This document shows, piece by piece, positions 39,507 through 47,781 of a DNA stretch of 64,000 bases. The stretch is from an uncultured Chloroflexia bacterium (GTDB taxonomy: Bacteria > Chloroflexota > Limnocylindria > Limnocylindrales > CSP1-4), in NCBI GenBank assembly GCA_963734535.1, contig CAVTHS010000007.1, forward strand, positions 209,936-273,935, in the 5' to 3' direction. The notes under the pieces are model-generated. The model had not been told where the DNA came from. It made no database searches and worked only from the letters and a program-made list of their open reading frames with translations. The position numbers and the translations under genes were made by a program. The stretch's first letter is position 1. The number at the start of each line of letters is the position of its first letter.

Positions 39507-40742
39507 TCAGGCGCCCGGGGCCGGGTCTGCCGATCGGGCGTCCGTCGGCTCGCGTGCGTCCGCTGACGATGCCGCGGCCGCTGCAGCGGCTCCGTGAACC
39601 CTGGCCAGGGGAACCCCAGTCTCCGCGGCCAGCGCGCGCACGGATTCGAACTCCGGCATCGCCCCGACGACACGGCCCCCCATGATCTTCTGCTTGACCA
39701 CGACCGGACCGTATGGCGTGGTCACCTCGACGAAGGCCCGGTCGGCTTCGTGACGGCGCACGGCGTGGACCCGGACCCCGAGGGTTGTTGTCTCGGCAAG
39801 GAGGATCCCGGCCAGCCGCGTCTCGTCCTCCATGCGAGCGACCACGGAGACCTGGACTCCTGCCCGGCCCTTCTTCATCTGGATCGGCGTCACCGTGACG
39901 TCGAGAGCCCCGGCGGCAAGAAGAGCCTCGCCGACCGGGGCCAGGAGCTGCGGGTTCATGTCGTCGATGTTGGTCTCGATCACGACATGGTCCCCCATGG
40001 GCGCCTCGTGCGCCGCCTCGCGTCCGCCGGCCGGGCGACCGACCCACAGGCGGAGCACGTTCGGCCAATCGAAGTCAGCATCGCCCGCGCCGTATCCCAC
40101 CCGGTCGACGATCATCGCCGGCTGGCCGACTCGGCCCAGCGTCGCGAGGATCGCCGCGCCGGTCGGGGTGACCAGCTCGCGACCGTCCCCGAAGTTGCGC
40201 GTCGGGATTCCCGCCTCGGCAAGGATCGCGAGCGTCGCGGGAGCGGGGGCGGGGAGCCGATGTCCGGACGAGGTGATCGAGCCGGTCGAGACCGGCACGG
40301 ACGAGACATGCAGCTCGTCGATACCCAGCAGCGAGAGCCCGAGCGCGGTGCCGACGATATCGACGATGGAGTCGATCGCACCGACCTCGTGAAGCTCCAC
40401 CGCGTCGGGCGGTGCGCCGTGGATGCGGCCCTCGGCAACGGCGAGTCGCTCGAGAACCGCGAGTGCCCGGTCGCGGACGATCGCGGCGAGCCCCGCCTCG
40501 GCGACGATGGAACGCACTTCGCGGAAGGGACGGTGATGCCGGCCCGGGTCGGCGATCACGTGGACCTTCGTTGCCCGGATCCCGGCCCGCTGGACCTCCT
40601 CGGACTCGAGCCGGAACTCGTCCCCCACCGACAACCCCGCGAGCTCGTCGCGCAGCGTCGCGAGCGGCACGCCCGCGTCGATGATCGCGCCCAGGAGCAT
40701 GTCCCCGCTGACGCCGGAATAGCAGTCGACGAAGCCGATCAC
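39507..40742 (-). CDS. larC: Nickel-pincer cofactor nickel insertase LarC (single ORF)
   Basis: DCYSGVSGDMLLGA, LHEVGAIDSIVDIVG, ELVTPTGAA, ETNIDDMNP, MKKGR, ETTTLGVR, PEFE. Confidence 0.95.
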   Translation of the reverse strand: MIGFVDCYSGVSGDMLLGAIIDAGVPLATLRDELAGLSVGDEFRLESEEVQRAGIRATKVHVIADPGRHHRPFREVRSIVAEAGLAAIVRDRALAVLERLAVAEGRIHGAPPDAVELHEVGAIDSIVDIVGTALGLSLLGIDELHVSSVPVSTGSITSSGHRLPAPAPATLAILAEAGIPTRNFGDGRELVTPTGAAILATLGRVGQPAMIVDRVGYGAGDADFDWPNVLRLWVGRPAGGREAAHEAPMGDHVVIETNIDDMNPQLLAPVGEALLAAGALDVTVTPIQMKKGRAGVQVSVVARMEDETRLAGILLAETTTLGVRVHAVRRHEADRAFVEVTTPYGPVVVKQKIMGGRVVGAMPEFESVRALAAETGVPLARVHGAAAAAAASSADAREPTDARSADPAPGA

Positions 40743-41560
40743 CTGCCGGCGACCGCGGACAGCCCCGTATCGCGGGCCGGGACGCAGTCCGGCGCGACCT
40801 CCGGGGTCGAGCCAAGCCGATTGACCAGGGCTGCCGCGAAGCCCGCCCCGAATCCGTTGTCGATGTTCACCACCGTGATGCCCGCGGCGCAGCTGGTGAG
40901 CATGGTCAGGAGGGCGGACAGGCCGCCGAAGGCGGCACCGTAGCCAACCGACGTTGGCACGGCGATCACCGGCACGTCCACGAGGCCACCCACAACACTC
41001 GGAAGGGCGCCGTCCATTCCCGCAACGACGACGATGACGCGCGCCCGGCGAAGGGCATCGAGCCGGTCGAGGAGTCGATGGATCCCGGCAACGCCGACGT
41101 CGTAGACGCGCTCGACCGAGTTGCCCATGACCGTCGCCGTCACCGCAGCCTCTTCCGCGACGGGGATGTCCGCCGTGCCTGCCGTCAGGACCAGGATCCC
41201 GGGTCGCCCGGGACCGGCATCCGGATCTGGCACCAGGATCGTCCGTGCGAGCCGGTTGTACTCGGCCGACGGCACGCGCTCGTGCACCGCCTCGTACACG
41301 GCGGGCGTGGCGCGCGTGGTCAGCACCGGACCCCCGTGGGCGACGAGACGCTCGACGATCGCCACCACCTGGTCGGTCGCCTTCCCCTCGGCCAGGACAA
41401 CCTCGGGCATTCCCTGTCGAACGCCCCGATGGTGGTCGAGGCGGGCGAATCCGCCAACTTCCTCGTAGGGCAGGTCGCTGAGGCGGTTGACTGCCATGCC
41501 CACGTCGACATCACCGTCTCGAACGCGCTCGAGCAGCGAAGCCAGGTGAGACCTATCCAT
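40739..41560 (-). CDS. larB: Nickel-pincer cofactor carboxylase/hydrolase LarB
   Basis: LDHHR...PEVV..EGK, AGTADIPVAEEA, DVGVAGIHRL, AGMDGALPSVVGG, PTSVGYG, VNIDNGFGA. Confidence 0.95.
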   Translation of the reverse strand: MDRSHLASLLERVRDGDVDVGMAVNRLSDLPYEEVGGFARLDHHRGVRQGMPEVVLAEGKATDQVVAIVERLVAHGGPVLTTRATPAVYEAVHERVPSAEYNRLARTILVPDPDAGPGRPGILVLTAGTADIPVAEEAAVTATVMGNSVERVYDVGVAGIHRLLDRLDALRRARVIVVVAGMDGALPSVVGGLVDVPVIAVPTSVGYGAAFGGLSALLTMLTSCAAGITVVNIDNGFGAGFAAALVNRLGSTPEVAPDCVPARDTGLSAVAGR

Positions 41561-42440
41561 CTCCGCCTCCCGTTCCCACGGCAGCCCGGCCCAGGTCGAA
41601 GCTGCCCGAACGATAGCCGTCGAGGTCGAACGTGACGTGGGCGTAGCCGGCTGCGCGGACCCCGGCCGACACTCGCGTCCGAAGGTCGGGTTCGAGGAGC
41701 CGTGGCAGGTCCCCGACGGGGACCTCGATTCGAGCGATCGCGCCGTGGTCGCGCACGCGCACCACCCCGAACCCCGCGTCGCGCAGGATGGCCTCGGCGG
41801 CACCGATCCGGCGCATCCGCTCGCGGGTCACGGGCTCGCCATAGGGGATCCGGGTGGCAAGGCACGGCGCCGAGGGCCGTTCGGAGTTCGGCAGCCCGAG
41901 GTCGCGGGCCAATGCCCGGACCTCGGCCTTCGTCACTCCCGCACGGGCAAGCGGCGCGATGGCGCCCGCCTCCTCCGCGGCCCGCGCACCCGGTCGATTG
42001 GCGGTTCCGTCATCTGCGTTCTCGCCGTGAAGGATCGCTTCCAGGCCCTCGGCGTCGGCGATCTTCCGAAGCGCCGCGAGGACGACGCCCTTGCAGTGGT
42101 AGCAGCGGTCGGGCGGGTTCTCGACGAACGCGGGCAGGACAAGCACGTCGATGGGCACGAGCCGGTGACGGATCCCGATCGCTGCGGCGACCGCCTGCGC
42201 CTCGCGAATCTCCTCGTCGGGCAGGAGCCCCGACACGATGGTGCAGGCAAGGGCGCGATCGCCAAGCGCCTCGTATGCCAGCGCGGCGACAACCGAGCTG
42301 TCGACGCCTCCCGAGAAGGCGACGACGGCGCCGCGGAGCCCGGCCATGACCGCCCTGACGGCGGCCGCCCTGGGGAACGCCGGGACGCCCGGGGCGGCCG
42401 GCTCGCCGGGGAGCCTCCGCGGCGTCGTCGCGAGGGTCAT
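41553..42440 (-). CDS. larE: ATP-dependent sulfur transferase LarE
   Basis: PP-loop AFSGGVDSS, NPPDRCYHCK, RPG, PSAPCLATRIPYG, RVRDHG, GYRSGS. Confidence 0.95.
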   Translation of the reverse strand: MTLATTPRRLPGEPAAPGVPAFPRAAAVRAVMAGLRGAVVAFSGGVDSSVVAALAYEALGDRALACTIVSGLLPDEEIREAQAVAAAIGIRHRLVPIDVLVLPAFVENPPDRCYHCKGVVLAALRKIADAEGLEAILHGENADDGTANRPGARAAEEAGAIAPLARAGVTKAEVRALARDLGLPNSERPSAPCLATRIPYGEPVTRERMRRIGAAEAILRDAGFGVVRVRDHGAIARIEVPVGDLPRLLEPDLRTRVSAGVRAAGYAHVTFDLDGYRSGSFDLGRAAVGTGGGDG

Positions 42441-43210
42441 CGGAGCAGGTATCCGCCGTCCACGAGGAGAGCGGCACCGGTGATGTAGGACGCGTCGGGA
42501 GACACGAGGAACGAGACGGCGGCGGCAACGTCCTCGGGCGTGGCGACCCGCCCGAGCGGGATCAGGGGAAGCGTCAGCTCCGCAACCGCGGGGTCGGCCA
42601 GGAGGTCACGAGTCATGCCCGTCTCGACGACGCCCGGCGCCACTGCATTCACGGTGATGGCGTGTTCCGCGAGCTCGACGGCCATCGCCTTCGTGAGCAT
42701 CCGGAGTGCCCCCTTCGAGGAACAGTAGTGCGACTGATACTCGATCGCGACCTCGCTCGTGATGGAGCTCATGTTCACGATCGAGCCCGGGATCTTTGCC
42801 TTGACCATGCGTCGCGCGGCAGCCTGGCCGCACAGGAAGGCGCCCTTGGCATTGACCGCCATGGTCCGGTCCCACTCCGCCTCGGTCAGGTGGAGGAAGG
42901 GCTTGTAGCCCATGATCCCGGCGTTGTTGACGAGGATGTCGACGCGCCCGAAGCGCGCCCACGCCGCGTCGAATGCGTCCTGGACCGCCACGGCGTTCGC
43001 GACGTCCACGACCACGGCGAGCGCTGCTGCCCCACTCCCGTCGAGCAGGGCAGCAGTCTCGTTCGCCATCTCCGACACGACATCCGCCACGACGACGGCG
43101 GCGCCGTCCGCGGCGAGGCGCACGCAGACCGCGCGCCCGATGCCCGAGCCACCCCCGGTGACGAAGGCGACTCGCCCGGCCAGCCGGCCGGGAGTGCCGG
43201 AGACAGTCAT
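42437..43210 (-). CDS. Classical SDR family oxidoreductase
   Basis: TGGGSGIG, NNAG, YCSSK, NAVAPG, YITGAALLVDGG. Confidence 0.93.
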   Translation of the reverse strand: MTVSGTPGRLAGRVAFVTGGGSGIGRAVCVRLAADGAAVVVADVVSEMANETAALLDGSGAAALAVVVDVANAVAVQDAFDAAWARFGRVDILVNNAGIMGYKPFLHLTEAEWDRTMAVNAKGAFLCGQAAARRMVKAKIPGSIVNMSSITSEVAIEYQSHYCSSKGALRMLTKAMAVELAEHAITVNAVAPGVVETGMTRDLLADPAVAELTLPLIPLGRVATPEDVAAAVSFLVSPDASYITGAALLVDGGYLLR

Positions 43211-43212
43211 CT

Positions 43213-43452
43213 CTACGTTCCTCCGACGATGATCTTGACCCGCCCGAGGGTCGCACCTGCCTCGGCCGACCCCCCGGCGGGAACGTCGATCGCCGCGAGC
43301 ACGCCGCTGCCGGGAGCCCGGAGGACGTCCTCGGCATCATCGACCCGGTACCGGAGCACCGGCTCCAGGCGAGCGACGAAATCTCCTTCGTCCTTCAGCC
43401 ACTCGACGACCGTGACCGCCTTGCCCGGCACTCCGATCCGGATCTCTGCCAT
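43213..43452 (-). CDS. Stand-alone lipoyl/biotinyl-like domain lacking the attachment lysine
   Basis: VTVVEWLKDEGDFV...PVLRYRVDDAEDVLRAPGSGVL...GATLG; DKA position reads DDA. Confidence 0.75.
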   Translation of the reverse strand: MAEIRIGVPGKAVTVVEWLKDEGDFVARLEPVLRYRVDDAEDVLRAPGSGVLAAIDVPAGGSAEAGATLGRVKIIVGGT

Positions 43453-43461
43453 TGGTCGACC

Positions 43462-44814
43462 TCAGACGTGGGCGAGGAGACCAGCCTCGGTGCCGAGGTC
43501 GATCAGGTCCGAGTTGATCTGGGCGAACACGTACACCGGTGCGCAACCCGGCCGCTCGATGACCTGGCGCGCAATCGTCAGGGCTTCGCGGATCTTCGGA
43601 GCGCTCGGGAAGTACTCCCAGCAGTCGCCGACAAGGAAGACGACCTTGTCGCGGCAGCTCTCGGGATCGAGGTCCGGCTGGCCGCCCGTGATGAAGACGA
43701 CCTCGCCGAGCTTGTCCTTGAACTCGTTGATGTCGAAGCCGCTGTGCAGCCCGAAGTTGTCGATCGCACCGCGGATGTTGATGTAGCAACCTGGGCAGGA
43801 CTGCTGGGTGAGCACTTCCAGGCCGGGCCAGACCCCGACAGGGTTGCCGTTGGCCCGCAGGAAGTGCCGCATGACGTCGTCGATCTTCTCCCCGACCACG
43901 TCGATCTTGTCGAGGTGGAACTCCCCGAGCCCGTCGTGGCCGGCGATCCGGACGGCCGGGATCTCCAGCGGGTCGAAGCCCATGCAGGCCCCGGTGACCG
44001 CGTCGACCGCGACGGTGTCCGTCCCGGCCAGGATGAGGTTCATCTCGATCGGAGAGCCGGCGTGCGGCCCCTGGCCCTCCATGCCGATCACCGCGTCGAC
44101 GATGACGAGGTCGGCGTGCCGCACGCGATACTCATCGACAACCTTCGCGTCGATGTCGTTGCGATGCTGGCCCTGCTGGTTGGTGTGGAGGCCCTTGCCG
44201 TCCTTACCATCGTCGGATGGATGTTCGTTGCGCAGGATCCCCTGCCAGTTCGCGAGCCCGAGGGTCACGGTCTTGGCGAGGTGGACCTTCATCTTTGGAA
44301 CGTTGATGACGACGTCGGCGTCGAGGAAGGGCTTCCAAACGTCCGCCTCGTGGAGGTAGCGGGCGCCCGGAATCTTCACGTGGACCGTCTCGGTCTCGTC
44401 GAAGTAGATGATCCGGTCCGCCCCACCCCGCTCGGCAGCGTCCTGCAGGCCGCTCTGGGCGAAGGCCGGCCGGGCCTTTCCGACGTGGAAGCCGAGGGAC
44501 GGGTTGTCGCCGACGGCGACCTCGCCGGCCTTGGACTCCTCCTTCAGGTACGCGACGATCGCCTCGAGGGTCCGGGGATCGACGACCGCAAAGCTCGTGG
44601 CCGGCGCCTGGAACGCGAGGTTCGGCTTGACCAGGACCTTCGCGCCAGGCTTGATGATCTCGTCGATGTTGCCGACGGCGAGCTCAACAGCGGCCTTGAC
44701 GGCCTTCTTGATCGCGGCCACGTCCTCGTCATAGCGGACGTACTCGCCCGCCATGAACTGGGCGTTGCCCTTCATCTCTCCGGTTTTTGCGATGGAAACG
44801 CGTGCGTTCGACAC
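43462..44814 (-). CDS. DUF362 domain protein with C-terminal 4-Cys Fe-S-type domain
   Basis: KVLVKPNL, ADVVINVPKMKVH, IVDAVIGMEGQGP, DTVAVDAV; CPGC...GDC...PGCAP; AGGAG RBS before GTG. Confidence 0.88.
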   Translation of the reverse strand: MSNARVSIAKTGEMKGNAQFMAGEYVRYDEDVAAIKKAVKAAVELAVGNIDEIIKPGAKVLVKPNLAFQAPATSFAVVDPRTLEAIVAYLKEESKAGEVAVGDNPSLGFHVGKARPAFAQSGLQDAAERGGADRIIYFDETETVHVKIPGARYLHEADVWKPFLDADVVINVPKMKVHLAKTVTLGLANWQGILRNEHPSDDGKDGKGLHTNQQGQHRNDIDAKVVDEYRVRHADLVIVDAVIGMEGQGPHAGSPIEMNLILAGTDTVAVDAVTGACMGFDPLEIPAVRIAGHDGLGEFHLDKIDVVGEKIDDVMRHFLRANGNPVGVWPGLEVLTQQSCPGCYINIRGAIDNFGLHSGFDINEFKDKLGEVVFITGGQPDLDPESCRDKVVFLVGDCWEYFPSAPKIREALTIARQVIERPGCAPVYVFAQINSDLIDLGTEAGLLAHV

Positions 44815-44897
44815 CAGAAACAGCTCCTGTGATGAGGCAGCCGGTCCTGGCTGGACGCCAGGACGACGACGATCGGTCAGATGGCGGCCGGTTCGGG

Positions 44898-45047
44898 CGC
44901 GGAGGGAGGGGCCGCAGCCGCGGCCTTTGCCACAGGCGCCTCTTCGGAGCGGGTCACGTGGCGGCCGGTCAGCGGATCTCCGTCGCAGCGACCAGCCACG
45001 CGTGCAACCCGGCCGGGTGTGTCAGTCGGTCGACACCTCCCTCCGCG
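44898..45047 (-). promoter_or_regulatory. Candidate multi-stem RNA leader closed by a perfect 12-bp inverted repeat
   Basis: CGCGGAGGGAGG (44898-44909) and CCTCCCTCCGCG (45036-45047) enclose further hairpins. Confidence 0.45.
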
Positions 45048-45148
45048 TACTCGCGGGACGGGGTTGGATGGGGTCGCACCAGGCAGCCGACGGCCGGATC
45101 CTCTCCCTCGAGACGAGGCTACGGCACCGGGCGTCGCGACCCCAATCC

Positions 45149-45168
45149 GATTTCAGATAGTGGGAATC
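45149..45168. promoter_or_regulatory. Possible IclR operator upstream of the DUF362-lar operon
   Basis: AT-rich imperfect palindrome GATTTCAGATAGTGGGAATC. Confidence 0.35.
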
Positions 45169-45220
45169 ACGGGCGCCGGGCATCGCCGGTGGGTCCGGGC
45201 GCGCGCCCCTGCGGGCCTGC

Positions 45221-46069
45221 TCAGGCCTGGGCGAGGAGCGCCCCGGCACGCCTGGCCGCGACGACGACGTGGGCGACGAGGCGCTGCGGCTCGAAGCGGA
45301 GGCGCTCGGGCTCGATACCGATCGCGATCGCTGCCCTCGGACGATCCGGCGGCGTGGCGATCGGCGCCGCAATACAGGAGAGGCCGGTCTCACCCTCTTC
45401 GACGTCGAAGGCATAGCCTCGCCGTCGGGCGACCTCGAGTTGGTCGAGAAAGCGGTGGCCCTCGGTGATGGTGCGCTCGGTCAGCGGCTCGAACGCCCAG
45501 TTCCGGATGGTGCCGAGCGCGGCGGCGGGCGGCAGAACCGCGACCAGGACCTTGCCCAGGGACATCGTGTGGACGGGTCCGCGCGCGCCGGCGCGAATAT
45601 GGTCGCCGTGCGCCGAGCCCGGCACGGCCGCGGCGCTCGTGACGATCACCTGGTTCCCGATCAGGCGCCCAATCACGGCGACGTCGCCGCAGGCGCGGGC
45701 GAGATCCTCGAGGATCGGTTGGAGCTCCGGGAACGGGTTCGGGCGGTGCTCGAGATGGGTGAGAAGCCCGGCGAGACGGTCGCCCAGGATGAGCCCGCCA
45801 TCGTGCATGCGCCACACGTACCCCTCGTGCACGAGCGTGCTCACGAGGTGGTAGGCCGTCGCCGCGGGCAGTCCGAGCCTCCGAGCGACCTCCTTCGTCG
45901 GCAGGCCCTCCTCGGCGGCGATCACCTCGAGCGCACGGAGGCCGCGCTGGACGGTGGACAGGACGCTGCCGGACGCCGTCAGCGAGCCAGTCGCCGACTC
46001 GGCGGGGCGGCGGAATGGTCCAGTTTCACGCGGGCCGTGGTGGGTGGTCGTCACGTCGCGAACCCTCAC
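45221..46069 (-). CDS. IclR family transcriptional regulator
   Basis: TVQRGLRALEVI...LGLPAATAYHLVSTL; HTMSLGKVL; GYAFDVEE...SCIAAPI. Confidence 0.92.
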   Translation of the reverse strand: MRVRDVTTTHHGPRETGPFRRPAESATGSLTASGSVLSTVQRGLRALEVIAAEEGLPTKEVARRLGLPAATAYHLVSTLVHEGYVWRMHDGGLILGDRLAGLLTHLEHRPNPFPELQPILEDLARACGDVAVIGRLIGNQVIVTSAAAVPGSAHGDHIRAGARGPVHTMSLGKVLVAVLPPAAALGTIRNWAFEPLTERTITEGHRFLDQLEVARRRGYAFDVEEGETGLSCIAAPIATPPDRPRAAIAIGIEPERLRFEPQRLVAHVVVAARRAGALLAQA

Positions 46070-46156
46070 GGGACGGGATGCAGGGTGGCCTCACCGTGGC
46101 GCGACCCGGTCCCGCAGAGAAGAGCCGAACGGCAGGTTCTGGCTGGGGACTCCCCG

Positions 46157-46295
46157 TCAGGCGCGATCCCGGGCTGTGGCGATGAAGTCGACCAGGTCGT
46201 TGTCGGCGTGATGCAGGTCCTCGAAGGCCATGACCACCGAGGCCTTTGCCGCGAGGCGCTCGAAGAAGGTCCGCCAGGCCGCGAAGAACTCGTCT
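46157..46295 (-). pseudogene. Internal fragment of an AAA-ATPase/adenylate cyclase-type regulator
   Basis: DEFFAAWRTFFERLAAKASVVMAFEDLHHADNDLVDFI (Walker B EDLHxAD) without the rest of the protein. Confidence 0.6.
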
Positions 46296-46468
46296 GCACT
46301 CAACCGGTGTCGAGGCCCAGGAGGACCTGCTCGCCGGTTCTCGGTGCCGCAGCCGCGTGCGGCGGGGGACACAGTTGGGAACGAGTGCGGAGAATATGAC
46401 GGCCGCATGGAGCGCGATGGCCGCGATCCGGCTACCTGCCCACGATTCCACCGGGAACCCGGCGGAAG

Positions 46469-47662
46469 CTACGGCGAGCCGCCGGGAGCGCCCGGGGGGA
46501 CCGGGGCGAGGGCCGCGAGGACGCCACCCGCCGTGGGTGCCGGCAGCCCGGGCTCCTCGACCTGCTCGGCGCGCCGGGCGTCGATCTCCGCGTCGAGCAG
46601 GGCGGCGAGCCTCGGCAGCCTGGCCGCGAAGATGTCCCGGTACACGGGCACGAGGCCATCCGCGATTGCGCGCTCCTTCGCCGTGGTGGGCGCCGCGTAT
46701 CGAAAGTGGATGGTGGTCCCGGAGGCGGTCGGCTCGAACTCGATCGTCTCGACCATCCGCAAGGGCCCGGATGGGCTCGCGTGCGTCCCTCGGTCGGTCA
46801 TGTAGTCGTAGGGCCGCCAGTCGAGGATCTCCTCCAGGACGCCGCCGTCGGCGCCGTGCGCGCAGTGGTTCGTGGCCCCAACGCTGCGCCGGCCGCCCGG
46901 GGCGTCGACGAGCGAGACCCCCGTCACCCCCACCTGCCAGGAGGGCCGCCGGCCAGCGGCCGTCACGAACTCCCAGGCGAGCTGGGGCGGCGCGGCGGTG
47001 GACACCGAGAACGTCAGCCACGCTTTCGCCGGCGAGACGAGCACGCGCCGGCGCGCCTCTTCCTCCTGCCAGCGCCGTTCGAGATCGTGGACCCACGTCG
47101 GCACCTCCCCGAGGTGCTCGTACGTCTCGGCCAGCGGCCGCATACCGAGCGCCGCCGGCTCGATACCCACGGCGTCGATCGTGGCCTGCGTGAACAGGGC
47201 ATACGCATCGATCCCGAGCCCTTCCACGACCTCGTTCTTGAGGAGCCGATGGACGACGATGACGTCCGGCCCCAGCAGCTCCTCGCGACCGGCGATGCGG
47301 TGGCGCAGCGCCATCCCGTGGTGGACCACGAACTTGAGATTGAGGTCGGGGATTCGAACGCAGGCGTTGCAGGTGCACGACGTCGCCTGGCGGACGTCGC
47401 GACGGCGCCGGCGGAACCCGAAGTAGCAGCGCTCGATCGTATCGAGCAGGAGCGAGCCGTCGAGCTTGCCGGTGGGTGCGAAGACGAACGCGGCGTCGCC
47501 CTCGAGCTTCGCGAGCCGGAAGGTCGGGCGCAGGGCCGTGACGATCGTGCCGATGAGATCGGCCAGGATGTCCTGCGAGTGATCGAGCTCGACGCCCGCG
47601 AGGTAGCTCGTGTAGCCGGAGATGTCGGCGATCAGGAGACAGACGGGCTCGGGCTGCAGCAT
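46469..47662 (-). CDS. DUF2652 (class III nucleotidyl-cyclase-like) plus SRPBCC domain protein
   Basis: LLIADISGYT, KLEGDAAF, CTCNAC, LKFVVHHG, DVIVVHRLLKN; C-terminal NHCAHG...EEILDWRPYDY. Confidence 0.8.
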   Translation of the reverse strand: MLQPEPVCLLIADISGYTSYLAGVELDHSQDILADLIGTIVTALRPTFRLAKLEGDAAFVFAPTGKLDGSLLLDTIERCYFGFRRRRRDVRQATSCTCNACVRIPDLNLKFVVHHGMALRHRIAGREELLGPDVIVVHRLLKNEVVEGLGIDAYALFTQATIDAVGIEPAALGMRPLAETYEHLGEVPTWVHDLERRWQEEEARRRVLVSPAKAWLTFSVSTAAPPQLAWEFVTAAGRRPSWQVGVTGVSLVDAPGGRRSVGATNHCAHGADGGVLEEILDWRPYDYMTDRGTHASPSGPLRMVETIEFEPTASGTTIHFRYAAPTTAKERAIADGLVPVYRDIFAARLPRLAALLDAEIDARRAEQVEEPGLPAPTAGGVLAALAPVPPGAPGGSP

Positions 47663-47781
47663 GTGACCCCCCTCGGTCGAATCTTAGGGCCTCGCCCCTG
47701 GTCGCGCCGCCGGCGGCCCGATTTCGCGGTGACCGGGCAGGACCGCGCCCCTGCCCGCGTGCGCCCCCGCCCCTCCTGCGA

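Noticed and set aside
43213-43230. C-terminal GG-T of the lipoyl-like protein as a ThiS/MoaD-type sulfur-carrier tail for LarE
   Set aside because: The GGA GGA codons are the Shine-Dalgarno of the next gene, and the fold is lipoyl-like rather than ubiquitin-like.
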